Below are positions 39,028 to 49,465 of a DNA stretch of 64,000 nucleotides, piece after piece (positions within the stretch are counted from its first letter, which is position 1; each line of letters starts with the position of its first letter). A program made the translations under genes and the position numbers. The stretch is from Acidobacteriota bacterium (GTDB lineage Bacteria > Acidobacteriota > UBA6911), in contig OY761556.1 in NCBI GenBank assembly GCA_963664705.1, forward strand, positions 6,656,001 to 6,720,000, given 5' to 3'. Below the pieces are notes generated by a model. The model saw only the letters and a list, made by a program, of their open reading frames with translations, ran no database searches and had not been told where the DNA came from.

Positions 39028-40971
39028 TTGAGAAAGAAAATCGGCGAGACTTTGGTCGCTCAAGGTGTCATCAACGAAGAGCAGCTGCAACGGGCTCGTC
39101 TGGAGCAAAGACGGTCCGGGGGGCGCCTGGGCGACATTCTCGTTCGCCAGAAGGCTGCCACCGAACTTCAGATTGCCAAAGCCCTGGCAGAACAAAACAA
39201 CATTCCCCTGATGAACTTTGACCGGGAAGAGTGTGACCCGAGCGTCGTTAGGCTGATTCCCCGGCAATTTGCCGAGAAATACCGCTGTATCCCGCACCGG
39301 ATTGTCAACCAGGAGTTGTGGGTGGTAATGGCAGACCCGCTCTCCCTGTCGGTCATCCACGACCTGGAATTTGCCACGGGCAAGCGCATCCGATTGTGTC
39401 TTTCCACTCCCTCTCAAATCCTGGCCGCGATTGGGAGGTTCTATTCGGAAGGCGGGGCAAATCCCCAAAAGCAATCCGGCAGGGATTCTTTGCAACCTGA
39501 CAATGAACCGCCGGAGCAGAGTCCGATCGAAGTAGTCGCCGACTCGCAGGATCGTGGTCCGGAGGCCACGGGGCCGGTTGCGGAGATGGTCGATGAAATA
39601 CTGGAGCAGGCCATTTTGTCCGGCGCGAGCGATATCCACATCGAAGCCTGTGAAAATGAAGTGACGGTACGTCATCGCCTGGATGGCTTGCTGAAAGAGG
39701 TGTCTACAGTTCCGAAGCTGGTTCAGGACGGTTTGGTCAGCCGCCTGAAAATCATGGCTTCGATGGATATCGCCGAGAAGCGGCTCCCGCAGGATGGAAG
39801 GTTGAGGATCTGGTCAAAAGAAGGGCGCAAAGTGGATTTCAGAGTCTCCTCTTTGAGAACCCTCCACGGAGAAAAGGTCGTTCTGCGAATGCTGGACCAT
39901 TCAAGGGGATTGCCTTCCCTGGATACGCTTGGATTTTCCGCGGGAGATTTGAAGCAGGTGCGGAGCTTTTTGAAGCATCAATATGGAATGATCCTGACGG
40001 TCGGACCCACGGGAAGCGGCAAATCCACGACCCTTGCGGCTGCCCTGGCAAGCATACGCACTCCCGAGGTCAATATCGTGACCATCGAAGACCCGGTTGA
40101 ATATGAAATTGCCGGGATCAACCAGACGCAGGTCCACGAAAAGATCAAGCTCACGTTTGCACGATCGCTGCGGGCCATTCTGCGACAGGACCCGGATGTA
40201 ATTCTGGTTGGCGAGATCCGTGACCAGGAAACGGCCAGGATCGCTATGCAGGCGGCGCAGACCGGGCACCTGGTCTTGTCAACGCTGCACACGGATGATG
40301 CGCCGTCCGCCGTGACCAGGCTCTGTGATATGGGCATCGAGCCCTATATTATCGGTTCAACGCTGATCGGAGTAATTGCGCAGCGGTTGGTCCGAAAACT
40401 CTGCGAGCATTGTCGCAAACCATATGTTCCTTCCGATGATGTACTGAAAGAGCTGAACATTACCCGACGCGATCTGTCCTGGCCTATGTATCACTCGGTA
40501 GGCTGCCCGGAATGCCGGCATACCGGCTATCGCGGACGCACAGGGATCTATCAGCTCATGGGTGTCAGCGACAGGATTTCCCGGATGATATCCCTGCATG
40601 CCGATGAAAATGCCATCCGCGATGCCGCTCTGGAAACCGGCATGATGACGCTTGGCGAAGATGGACTTGCCAAGGTGAAGGATGGCATCACCTCCCCGGA
40701 CGAATTGCTGCGTGTGGTGACGGAGGTGAATGAAATTCGGACGGTTTGCCCTTCCTGCGGGTGTTCCATCGGCGTGGATTTTCATGTTTGCCCCGATTGC
40801 GGCCGACGAATCGGAGGCGGGTGCAACCACTGCGGCCGTGCCTTGAAACCCTCCTGGCACTACTGTCCGTTCTGTTCGAACCCGGTTTCTCCGCAGCGAG
40901 CGGCTGTCGGAGGCAATGCCGTGGAGTTCCGTGAAACCGGGAACGCCGCCGCCGAAGCTCGTCATCGCTGA
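39028..40971 (+). CDS. GspE/PilB family ATPase with MshEN domain and C-terminal double zinc ribbon
   Basis: KIGETL..G..QL..Q..RLGDIL; ASDIHIE, EKRLPQDG, GPTGSGKST, LRQDPD, GHLVLSTLH; four C-terminal CxxC. Confidence 0.92.
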   Translation: MRKKIGETLVAQGVINEEQLQRARLEQRRSGGRLGDILVRQKAATELQIAKALAEQNNIPLMNFDREECDPSVVRLIPRQFAEKYRCIPHRIVNQELWVVMADPLSLSVIHDLEFATGKRIRLCLSTPSQILAAIGRFYSEGGANPQKQSGRDSLQPDNEPPEQSPIEVVADSQDRGPEATGPVAEMVDEILEQAILSGASDIHIEACENEVTVRHRLDGLLKEVSTVPKLVQDGLVSRLKIMASMDIAEKRLPQDGRLRIWSKEGRKVDFRVSSLRTLHGEKVVLRMLDHSRGLPSLDTLGFSAGDLKQVRSFLKHQYGMILTVGPTGSGKSTTLAAALASIRTPEVNIVTIEDPVEYEIAGINQTQVHEKIKLTFARSLRAILRQDPDVILVGEIRDQETARIAMQAAQTGHLVLSTLHTDDAPSAVTRLCDMGIEPYIIGSTLIGVIAQRLVRKLCEHCRKPYVPSDDVLKELNITRRDLSWPMYHSVGCPECRHTGYRGRTGIYQLMGVSDRISRMISLHADENAIRDAALETGMMTLGEDGLAKVKDGITSPDELLRVVTEVNEIRTVCPSCGCSIGVDFHVCPDCGRRIGGGCNHCGRALKPSWHYCPFCSNPVSPQRAAVGGNAVEFRETGNAAAEARHR

Positions 40972-41123
40972 ACTGTGACCGGGGCCCCACCGGGAGCGCC
41001 GCCGTCCCGGCCAATGCTGCATGATATTCGCGCAAGGAACTTGCAAGAGCAATGCATTGCAGCCCCGGCAAGGGGTGCGGTTAGAAAGGTCGATAATCAT
41101 TCCTCGTTGGGTCGAATCCAATC

Positions 41124-41456
41124 CAGCCCCGGCAGGGGCGATCAGAAATTAGCCAGGGGTGAAGCGAAGCGAACCCCTGGTAAAGACAAGCGGGAGAATG
41201 AGCCCCGGTAGGGGCGAAAGATCGGTCCTTCTGCCGCCCCTTCAGCAGCCCGCCCACCGGTGGTGTTCCAAACATCAAGGGAACTCGATTTATTTTTTGC
41301 TTTTTCTCTGTTTAGTTAAATACTTGGAACAAATATAGTTATGATTCCCGATTTGCATCGAGCGCCTTAGGAGGGCTTGTTACTGGCCTAATCCAATCCA
41401 GGGGTTCGCTGCGCTCACGCCTGGATACTCGCTTTCGGCCCCCTCCGGGCCTGGTG
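41124..41456. repeat. REP/REPIN/MITE-like palindromic element, copy 2, with AT-rich insert
   Basis: AGCCCCGG(C/T)AGGGGCGA units; GAAAGATCGG..TCTGCCGCCCC and GGCTTG.TACTGG.CTAATC.AATCCAGG.GTTCGCTGCGCT shared with copy 1. Confidence 0.7.
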
Positions 41457-41537
41457 CCGACAAATATTCCTATTCCCGGCTGGAACATAGACTCTCTGTG
41501 TCTTTGCAGTGTATGCTGGCGCTTTCCGAAAGGGTCT

Positions 41538-42098
41538 ATGAAATCACTGCGGCAATACATCCTTCACAGTCTTCTCATGCTCATTGTTGCCGGTGGCTTT
41601 GCATCCATTTCTGCACAGCCACGGCGAGAGGTGCAAGCGATCGGATGCTACATAGGCAAAAGCGCGGATGGAAATAAGCCCGGGTATTCCGTGCCGCTCT
41701 GGTCATGGAACAGCCAAATCATTGGATTGATCGAATACCGGCATAATCGTCCGGGTGAGCAGCGGCCGCAAGGCCTGTTGACCGAGGTCCAATACGATTC
41801 GGGCACGGGCCGGATTTCCTTTGAGACAAAGATGACGACCGGCGTGCACTCCTGCCCGAAGCATCGCAAGGTTCCTTCGCATGACCTGTTGTCTTTCCGT
41901 GGAGTATTGAAGGAAGACAGGCTGGAAGGGGATCTGGTGCTTTGGGATCAACTCGATGCTCCGCCCGTAGCCCTGGACCGCCATCCAGGTTTTGTGCTTC
42001 CTTTGGATGAAAGCTGCCGTCCGATGACCTTCGAAGCCTATGAAGTATGGCATTGGTTTCTGAATCCGGAATATCAGTCGCGCGGCCCTAAATGGTGA
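41538..42098 (+). CDS. Secreted hypothetical protein
   Basis: Signal peptide-like N-terminus; adjacent to the carboxylesterase gene. Confidence 0.6.
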   Translation: MKSLRQYILHSLLMLIVAGGFASISAQPRREVQAIGCYIGKSADGNKPGYSVPLWSWNSQIIGLIEYRHNRPGEQRPQGLLTEVQYDSGTGRISFETKMTTGVHSCPKHRKVPSHDLLSFRGVLKEDRLEGDLVLWDQLDAPPVALDRHPGFVLPLDESCRPMTFEAYEVWHWFLNPEYQSRGPKW

Positions 42099-42136
42099 GA
42101 TATTCGAACCGCTATATTGGTACTGGAGGAATTCGC

Positions 42137-43714
42137 ATGCGCATAGTTCTTGCGGGTTTGGTTTTGTTGGCATTGGTTGTCCCGTCGCTTCCTGCCGCCA
42201 TAAAACAACCGGTCAAGGTGGACGGAGGCCTGGTATCCGGAGCGCCCGGCAAGGATCCCTCGGTCACCGCCTTCAAGGGCATCCCCTTTGCCGCGCCGCC
42301 TGCAGGCGCACTGCGCTGGAAAGCTCCCGCTCCGTTGGTCGCATGGAAAGGGATCCGGAAGGCGGACAGCTTCGGGCCCAGCTGCATCCAGACAATTGCA
42401 AAGGAGCGCAAACCCTGGACGTATGAGTTTATGACGCACGGGGAGATCAGCGAGGATTGCCTGTCGCTGAATGTGTGGACTGCGGCGAAATCCGCAGACG
42501 AGAAGCGGCCGGTGTATGTGTATTTCTATGGCGGCGGTTTCAATGAAGGTTCAGGCGCCGTTCCGGTTTATGACGGCGAGGGATTGGCGAGGAAGGGAAT
42601 TGTTGTCGTAACCACGAACTACCGCGTTGGCGTGCTTGGTTTTCTTTCGCATCCGGAGCTTTCGGCGGAAACCTCCCCTAAGGCCTCGGGAAATTACGGT
42701 CTGCTGGACCAGATCGCGGCGCTGCACTGGGTGCAAAACAACATCCGGGCATTTGGCGGCAATCCCGCAAGCGTCACCATCGGAGGGCAATCCGCCGGAG
42801 GCATGTCCGTGCACAGCCTCATCGCTTCGCCCCTGGCCAAAGGGCTCTTCCACCGCGCCATTGTTCAAAGCGGCGGCTCCACCATTGGCGGCGCCGGCAT
42901 TTCCCTGGGAGGCCGAAACCTTGCGGATGCTGAAAAGGATGGATTGAAGTTTGCGGAATCCAAGGGCGCGAAGTCCCTGGCTGAGCTGCGAGCCATGTCT
43001 TGGCAGACACTGACGGCGCCAGCGGGAGCTTCGGCTTCACCCGCCCCGATGCTGCGTTTCTCGCCGATTGTCGACGGATACGTTTTGCCTGCGGCTGCGC
43101 AGCAGGTTGTGATTGAGGGCAAACAAAATGATGTTCCGGTTCTGACGGGGCAAAATACGGGTGAACTCGGCGGGCTTATGGCACCGCAGGCACGCATGAC
43201 TGCCGAGTCTTTTGCCAAGCAGGCACGCCAGCGCTATCGGGATGCGGCCGAGGAGTTTCTGAAGTTGTATCCGGCTGCAACGGACGCTGAAGCGGAGGCC
43301 GCGCAGGCGAAGAGCAGCCGCGATCAGGCGATGGTTGCAATGTATCTCTGGGCGCAGCAGCGGGCAAAGACCGCAAAAACAAAAGCTTTCATTTATCTCT
43401 GGGATCATACGCTGCCGGGACCGGATGCGGCTCAATATGGCGCCTTTCATACCGGTGAAGTGCCCTACGTGATGAATACGCTGTATATGTCCGATCGCCC
43501 CTTTGTGGCTGCCGACCGGAAGATCGCGGAAATGATGTCTTCCTACTGGGCCAATTTTATCGCTGCGGGAGATCCGAATGGAAAAGGTCTGAACCGCTGG
43601 CCCGAAGTTGGGGATAAGAAAGAGGTCATGGAATTGGGCGACGTCACTCAGCCCGTACCGCTGGCGGGAAGCGATGCCCGGTTCGAATTCTTCAAGCGGT
43701 TTCTGACTCGCTAG
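42137..43714 (+). CDS. Carboxylesterase type B (secreted)
   Basis: FKGIPFAAPP, SEDCLSLNVW, GGGF, GNYGLLDQ, GQSAGG, GAFHTGE. Confidence 0.95.
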   Translation: MRIVLAGLVLLALVVPSLPAAIKQPVKVDGGLVSGAPGKDPSVTAFKGIPFAAPPAGALRWKAPAPLVAWKGIRKADSFGPSCIQTIAKERKPWTYEFMTHGEISEDCLSLNVWTAAKSADEKRPVYVYFYGGGFNEGSGAVPVYDGEGLARKGIVVVTTNYRVGVLGFLSHPELSAETSPKASGNYGLLDQIAALHWVQNNIRAFGGNPASVTIGGQSAGGMSVHSLIASPLAKGLFHRAIVQSGGSTIGGAGISLGGRNLADAEKDGLKFAESKGAKSLAELRAMSWQTLTAPAGASASPAPMLRFSPIVDGYVLPAAAQQVVIEGKQNDVPVLTGQNTGELGGLMAPQARMTAESFAKQARQRYRDAAEEFLKLYPAATDAEAEAAQAKSSRDQAMVAMYLWAQQRAKTAKTKAFIYLWDHTLPGPDAAQYGAFHTGEVPYVMNTLYMSDRPFVAADRKIAEMMSSYWANFIAAGDPNGKGLNRWPEVGDKKEVMELGDVTQPVPLAGSDARFEFFKRFLTR

Positions 43715-43726
43715 GAGACGAAAGTC

Positions 43727-44344
43727 TTGAGTTTACAATCTTCCTGCAAAGTTCTCGCCCTGGATGCAATGGGCGTCATCTACGCTGAAGCCGATGATGG
43801 CCCCAACCTGCTTTATCCCTTTATCGTCCATAAGGGAGGGTGCGGCGATGTGCGGGAAGTCATCCGGCTTTATATTGACGCCAGTGCGGGCAGGATTTCA
43901 TCGTCCGAGTTCTGGCGTTCTGTCGGCCTGGATCCCATGCTGGAGGACGAGTATCTCGAGCAGCACCGGTTGTCGGAAGGGCTGCTCGAGTTTCTCGACA
44001 CCATGGCGGGTAAGAGAATGGATCTGTGGTGCCTTTCCAATGATGTTTCAGAATGGTCAAGAAAGCTGCGTGAAAAATTCAACCTCGGACGCTACTTTCG
44101 AGGGTTTGTCATCAGCGGTGATGTGGGCGTTCAGAAGCCGGATCCCGGTATTTATCGCAGACTGATGGAAAGGACCGGGCGCGGGCCAAACGAAACCGTC
44201 TTTGTCGATGACCGGCTGAGAAACATTGAAGCCGCGGCTATCCTGGGAATGAACGCCATTCTCTTCAAGCCCGCCGCAAAAGAGCTGCAGGGACACTCCT
44301 ATCCTATCGCCTTGAATTTCAGGGAACTCCTCAACTACCTCTAG
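43727..44344 (+). CDS. HAD-IA family hydrolase
   Basis: LDAMGV, LSN, KPDP, FVDD. Confidence 0.85.
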   Translation: MSLQSSCKVLALDAMGVIYAEADDGPNLLYPFIVHKGGCGDVREVIRLYIDASAGRISSSEFWRSVGLDPMLEDEYLEQHRLSEGLLEFLDTMAGKRMDLWCLSNDVSEWSRKLREKFNLGRYFRGFVISGDVGVQKPDPGIYRRLMERTGRGPNETVFVDDRLRNIEAAAILGMNAILFKPAAKELQGHSYPIALNFRELLNYL

Positions 44345-44356
44345 CGTTGCGAAAGC

Positions 44357-45619
44357 TTAGGCCGAGATCGCTTCCTTTACATTATCCGGATTTTGGGCGA
44401 GCGCTCCGGTTTTTACCGGGGCTGTTTCCTTCAGGAACAGCGCCAGAAGCGTTCCACCCAGGGCACACACAGCGGCGATTTGAAGCGGGGCAGCCAGCGT
44501 GGTTGCGTCGGCAATCCGGCCCGCGATGAGAGGCGCACAGGAACCGCCGACTACTTCTCCGACTAAAGTAACCAGCCCCATGGCTGTGGCGGTATAGCGT
44601 GCCGGAAGTGTTTCACCCGGGACGACCGCCATGAACAGAGCGAACGCAGCAGTCCCTACCCAGCCCACAACCATCAGCGCGGTCAGGCTTGCCAGGGAGC
44701 CGTGAAAGAACAGTCCGGAAAGCGGCGTGATCAGACTAAGGAGACACGTGCCGATGATGACCGGCTTTCGACCAAGGCGGTCGGAGATGCCGGCTCCAAC
44801 GAAACCAACGATTGCCGCGCAATAGCCGGTGGCACTCATGACATCTCCGGCCTGAACCTTGGTGGTACCACGAACCGTCGTAAGGAAAAGGGTCAGAAAA
44901 TTCTGGTGCAGCATCAGCCACGAGACCATGAGGCATGCAATCAGGCAGCACAGGCGGATGTTGCGCTCTTTAAGCACAAAGGAAACGGCTTCCAGCGTGG
45001 TCGAATTTTTGGAGCTTCCGCCGACAGGCGCGGTAAATTCAGGCTCACGGACCCACCGGAGGATGGCCAGCGCACAGAGTATCCCGGGGATTCCCGAAAT
45101 AAAGAATGCGATGCGCCAGCTGAAAAGTGCGGCAAGCCGAACCAGCACCGAAGGAGCAATGGCTGCTCCAAGGAGCGAAGCGAACAGACTCTGCACGATG
45201 CCGATGTTGAGTCCGCGACGCTTTGGCGAGGATTCTACCGTCAGCAGCGCAACGCAGATCGGCATGAAGGGGCCCTCTGCAATGCCCATCAAAAGCCTCG
45301 ACGCGAGCAGGGTAGGAAATGACCTTGCCAGGCCCGACAGGATCGAGCAGACGGAGAAAACCATCAGGATCCCTACCAGAAAGGGTTTGCGAACTCCGAC
45401 CGCATCGGACCACCGGCCGATGACAAATGCGGATATCGCCCAACTGAGCGCCAGCGCAGATCCGAGCATGCCGACCTGAGTGTTGTTCAGTCCAAGATCC
45501 GGAACAATGAAGGGTGCCAGGTAGTTGATGGCGTTGCGGTCGAGGAAGGCAAACCCAAAGCTCAGGCCAAGGAGGAACAATAAACGGTTTTCGTAAGACC
45601 AGAAACCTTTTAAGGACAA
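44357..45619 (-). CDS. MFS transporter
   Basis: FLDR, GRWSDAVG, RLLMGIAEG, SDRLGRK; 12 TM segments. Confidence 0.9.
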   Translation of the reverse strand: MSLKGFWSYENRLLFLLGLSFGFAFLDRNAINYLAPFIVPDLGLNNTQVGMLGSALALSWAISAFVIGRWSDAVGVRKPFLVGILMVFSVCSILSGLARSFPTLLASRLLMGIAEGPFMPICVALLTVESSPKRRGLNIGIVQSLFASLLGAAIAPSVLVRLAALFSWRIAFFISGIPGILCALAILRWVREPEFTAPVGGSSKNSTTLEAVSFVLKERNIRLCCLIACLMVSWLMLHQNFLTLFLTTVRGTTKVQAGDVMSATGYCAAIVGFVGAGISDRLGRKPVIIGTCLLSLITPLSGLFFHGSLASLTALMVVGWVGTAAFALFMAVVPGETLPARYTATAMGLVTLVGEVVGGSCAPLIAGRIADATTLAAPLQIAAVCALGGTLLALFLKETAPVKTGALAQNPDNVKEAISA

Positions 45620-45870
45620 GCGGCACCCCCGTGCGTAAATCCCGTCGCGGGAACTTCACAAGCAATGCAACTGATCGTGTCTTCTCAACAAGTTGAATCG
45701 GGTGGCGCCATTCTTACGGAGCCGCGGGGAAAAAGCAACACAAACCAAATTGGGTGTACGGCGAGCGCCGCCGTTCCGGCCGCATCGGTGTTGTGGAAGA
45801 CACGGTGTGTGGAATTTGGAATCTGGAATCTGGAATTTGCAATTCCGCACGTTCCCAGTCGGCTTCCTTC

Positions 45871-46644
45871 TTACTGACGGGAGGCTGACGCTTCCGATAG
45901 AATCTTTTCGAGCTCGCGGACTCGTTCGGAGATCGGTGGATGAGATGAAAGATACTCTGCCAGCCCTGAGGGATCGGAGCCGACCTGCGCCAGGCGCTGC
46001 AGCGCAGAAACCGAGGCGCGGCTGGCAAATCCCGCGGCCGATGAAAGCCGAAGTGCTTCCCGATCTGCTTCGAGCTCCTGCAGTTGCGAATATCCCTGGC
46101 TCAATACCGTGCGAAGCAACTGGCCGGCTGCCGGGACTCTCGACATTACGGCGTTGAAGAAGGTGTTCGCCGTCATTTGATCTCTTGCGTGTCCTCGCAG
46201 GACATGCCCCATTTCGTGCCCCAGAAAAAAGGCAATCTCATCTCTATCCCGCCCGCACAGATCCAGAAGGGCCGTGGTTATGAAGATAAACCCTCCGGGG
46301 AGGGCAAAGGCGTTGGCTGCAGCGGTTCCGGCGACCTCAATGCGGAAACTGCGGCGCGAATCCTTGACCGCCTGCGCGAGCCTGGCGCCGACGCTATCCA
46401 CGAGCTCCCGGTCGCCGCGAGATGTTTTGCCGGAAAACTGTGCCGCAAAGGCGCGGGCACACTCCGCCCCATATTCGTGCTCGGCCTGTATCGTTTCATC
46501 CTCGGTTCCCGCAAATGAACTCCAGACCCATTTGGCCTGGCGGTACGGTTTTCGGGATTTTCCGCCCAGCCAGCTTCCGAGGCCCGGTAGAATGCCCGGG
46601 TTGAACAGAAGAATCAGGATGATGATAATAATCAGTGCCGGCAA
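45871..46644 (-). CDS. M48 family metallopeptidase
   Basis: NAFALPGG, HEMGH, ELEAD, SSHP..ER. Confidence 0.92.
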   Translation of the reverse strand: MPALIIIIILILLFNPGILPGLGSWLGGKSRKPYRQAKWVWSSFAGTEDETIQAEHEYGAECARAFAAQFSGKTSRGDRELVDSVGARLAQAVKDSRRSFRIEVAGTAAANAFALPGGFIFITTALLDLCGRDRDEIAFFLGHEMGHVLRGHARDQMTANTFFNAVMSRVPAAGQLLRTVLSQGYSQLQELEADREALRLSSAAGFASRASVSALQRLAQVGSDPSGLAEYLSSHPPISERVRELEKILSEASASRQ

Positions 46645-46818
46645 TGCAGTCCCTCCTCCAAGTCATCCAGAGCAATGAAACAAGCCACAAATTACATGAA
46701 TTCCGCCCAAAGGGGAACCTTGGACTTTTTCTCGCGCAAAATGAGACCTGAACCGCTCTCCCTCATCCAATCAGGAGGATGAAGAGAAGTTAATATCCCG
46801 GTGTTGAGGCGAAACTCT

Positions 46819-48708
46819 ATGACACAGCCCGTGCGCAGGAGCATTGGATTAGCGGTCATGATCGTTTTCGGTTTGCCCTTCGGCAATCCGTTGTTTGCGC
46901 AGTCGGATTCGCCGGCGCCGGCCGCCGCCTCCCTGACAGTCCTTTCGGGCCAGAAGATAATCATGCAGCTCGACACTCCCATGCATAGCCGTACTACCAA
47001 AAAAGGGGAGCGCATTGAGTTCACGGCGGCGGGGGATGTGTATGTCGACAACCAGTTGGCGATTCCGACCAAAAGCCTCATCCGGGGCACCGTCACAAAG
47101 TCGAAGCGCGCCGGCCGTCTCTTTGGGCGCGCGGAAATTCTGTTGCGCTTCGACGATATCAAGCTCGCCGACGGCAGCATTGTTCCCATGAAGGCGACCA
47201 TTACCCGCATCGGATTTGACCCGGTTGATCCCAAGACCGGGGAGGATACAAAAATAAAAGGAGATTCCGGCGGGACCGGCGGCGATGTCAAAACTATTGC
47301 CGGCACGAGTGCGCAGGGTGCCATCATCGGCGTACTGACCGGCGGTCTTCGCGGCGGGATGTACGGGGCGGGGGCAGGCGCTGCGGTTGCAGTTGCGCAG
47401 GCGGCCATGCGTCGCGGGCCGGACATCGATCTGCCGCGCAGCACCATGTTTGAAGCCCGTTTCGATGCACCGCTGAGTGTGTCCGGGACGGCGGTTCTGG
47501 CGGCCCAGAGGCCGATCGTGGTTCCATCGGGAAAGCAGCCCCGGGTTGCCGACAATTCCGGCCGCGAAGATCGGCCGCAAATCGCCGATGTCTCTCCCTC
47601 AACGACGGGCGGTTCTTCCTCCGACGAGGAGTCCGTCACCGCCAGGCGTCCTGTGTTGAAACGACGCAGCGCTTCTCCGGAAGAACCGGCGGTTGCCGAT
47701 GCGACCACGCCGCCTGTGGATTTGCCTTCGGAAATGCCGGATAAACCGCCGGTGGAATCGCGCCGGGTGTCTGTGGAGCCATCCCCCATTGATCCGACGG
47801 TCCCGACCATCAGCGTGAAGGTCCGGATGGTTCAGGTGGATGCGGTTGTTCGGGATCGCAGCGGACGCATGATGGAGAATCTCCGGTCGGAGGATTTCCG
47901 GATTTACGAGGATGGCGTCCTGCAGCAAATTCAAAACTTCTCGCGGGACGAACTCCCGATTGCCGTGGCGCTGGTGGTGGACCGCAGCGGAAGCGTCGCG
48001 CCGTACATCAACGAATTGCGCCGGATAGCCTCCCGTGCGTTGAACCAGCTGAAACGGGGCGATGAGGTGTGTCTTTTCTCGTTTGCGGCCGACGTCGAGC
48101 GGCTGGAGGATTTGACGACCGATCGGCAGCGGGTTGTAAATGCACTCGACCACATTCACGCGAGCGGAGGAACCGATATCACCGGCGCGCTGTATGCGGC
48201 CGTCAAATACCTGTCCCGAAGCGCTTCCGGACGGCGCCATGTTGTCATTCTTATTTCTGACAATCAGCAGACGGTGAATTCCGGAGCCAGCGAATCGGAA
48301 ACCATCAAAAGCGCCATGGAAAGCGAAACGGTTGTATACAGCCTGAAGACCGCCGGAGCGCCGTTTCAAATCGGGTCTCAACTCCCGTCGCTGATCCTCG
48401 GCGGCGGGCCCGTCGGCAAGATCACGCAGGAAACGGGCGGTGAAGTCATCGGCGTGAATGCGATTTCATCTCTCGATACGGCGCTTGGCTCCGTGATTTC
48501 CCGGCTGAGAACGAGATACTCGCTTGGCTACTATCCTTCCGGCACGGCGCAGGGCGGCGCGTTTCACGAAATCAAGGTCCGTCTGGATGACCGCTTTGGC
48601 AAGGCGGGGAGCGACTATTACATGCATGCCAAACGCGGCTATTATGCGACCGGCGGCTCGCAGGATTACGCGGCAGACACAAAATTCCAGATTACCGACA
48701 ACCGGTAA
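46819..48708 (+). CDS. Secreted protein: TrbI/VirB10-like beta domain, linker, acidobacterial VWA domain
   Basis: Signal peptide; Gly-zipper; MIDAS DRSGS, GGT, LISD; YSLGYYP; RGYY. Confidence 0.82.
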   Translation: MTQPVRRSIGLAVMIVFGLPFGNPLFAQSDSPAPAAASLTVLSGQKIIMQLDTPMHSRTTKKGERIEFTAAGDVYVDNQLAIPTKSLIRGTVTKSKRAGRLFGRAEILLRFDDIKLADGSIVPMKATITRIGFDPVDPKTGEDTKIKGDSGGTGGDVKTIAGTSAQGAIIGVLTGGLRGGMYGAGAGAAVAVAQAAMRRGPDIDLPRSTMFEARFDAPLSVSGTAVLAAQRPIVVPSGKQPRVADNSGREDRPQIADVSPSTTGGSSSDEESVTARRPVLKRRSASPEEPAVADATTPPVDLPSEMPDKPPVESRRVSVEPSPIDPTVPTISVKVRMVQVDAVVRDRSGRMMENLRSEDFRIYEDGVLQQIQNFSRDELPIAVALVVDRSGSVAPYINELRRIASRALNQLKRGDEVCLFSFAADVERLEDLTTDRQRVVNALDHIHASGGTDITGALYAAVKYLSRSASGRRHVVILISDNQQTVNSGASESETIKSAMESETVVYSLKTAGAPFQIGSQLPSLILGGGPVGKITQETGGEVIGVNAISSLDTALGSVISRLRTRYSLGYYPSGTAQGGAFHEIKVRLDDRFGKAGSDYYMHAKRGYYATGGSQDYAADTKFQITDNR

Positions 48709-48736
48709 TGCCTGCCGGTTGAGCCCGGGTACGTTC

Positions 48737-49438
48737 CTAGTATTCGAGTTTGCCTTTGTAGGTCATCTTTCTGAGGCTGAATTTTACCGCCAGGTCATTG
48801 CCTTTGATGGTTGCTTTGAACTGCAGTTCCTTGTCCTCCGCCGTTACCAATGGAGTTCCGCCCGGCAGATTTCTCGGAAAATAAAAGAGCGCGCCCAGTT
48901 CATGTTTGTCCGGTGGGATAAAGCGACTCATCCGGACATGTTTGCCGGTGTCGGTGGACAAGGTGGTTGGGGGAGTCATGTCGGCGAAGCGGGAGGGAAG
49001 CCGGTCGTCTTTGAAGAACTCTTTGCCGCCGCGGATCGTCAGGCTGACAACGATGAACCGGGCGTCCAGCTGCGCCATGAATTTGCCCTTTTCCGAAACA
49101 AGATATTTCTGCAGGCGTGCGTTTTCTTTTTCCTCCTTGGTGCCCTGGATTTCCTGCACGCTGATGGTCTGCTCGGAAGATTCCAGCGCGCCCAGTCTCA
49201 GCAATGCTTCCTCCACGGGCTTGGCCGTGAGTAGTCGAACCTGGTAAAAACCGTTGGCGGGTCCGGGGGCAAAGGGAGCGATGCTGCCGGGTTTTGCCCA
49301 TGGGGAGTCGCGGAGCACTTCGTACACGTCGTAAAGAGACCAGCGTGTGTAGGGTTTTTTATCCCATTGTTTCGCGGCGATGGACAGGGCAGGAATAAGA
49401 AGTAATGCCAGGATGCACGCAACGATTCTTTTTCTCAT
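48737..49438 (-). CDS. Secreted hypothetical protein
   Basis: Signal peptide; W..KPY..W..DSPW and KM.YKGKLEY pattern. Confidence 0.7.
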   Translation of the reverse strand: MRKRIVACILALLLIPALSIAAKQWDKKPYTRWSLYDVYEVLRDSPWAKPGSIAPFAPGPANGFYQVRLLTAKPVEEALLRLGALESSEQTISVQEIQGTKEEKENARLQKYLVSEKGKFMAQLDARFIVVSLTIRGGKEFFKDDRLPSRFADMTPPTTLSTDTGKHVRMSRFIPPDKHELGALFYFPRNLPGGTPLVTAEDKELQFKATIKGNDLAVKFSLRKMTYKGKLEY

Positions 49439-49465
49439 GGGTAGCCCCCACGAATTTTCCGCCTG

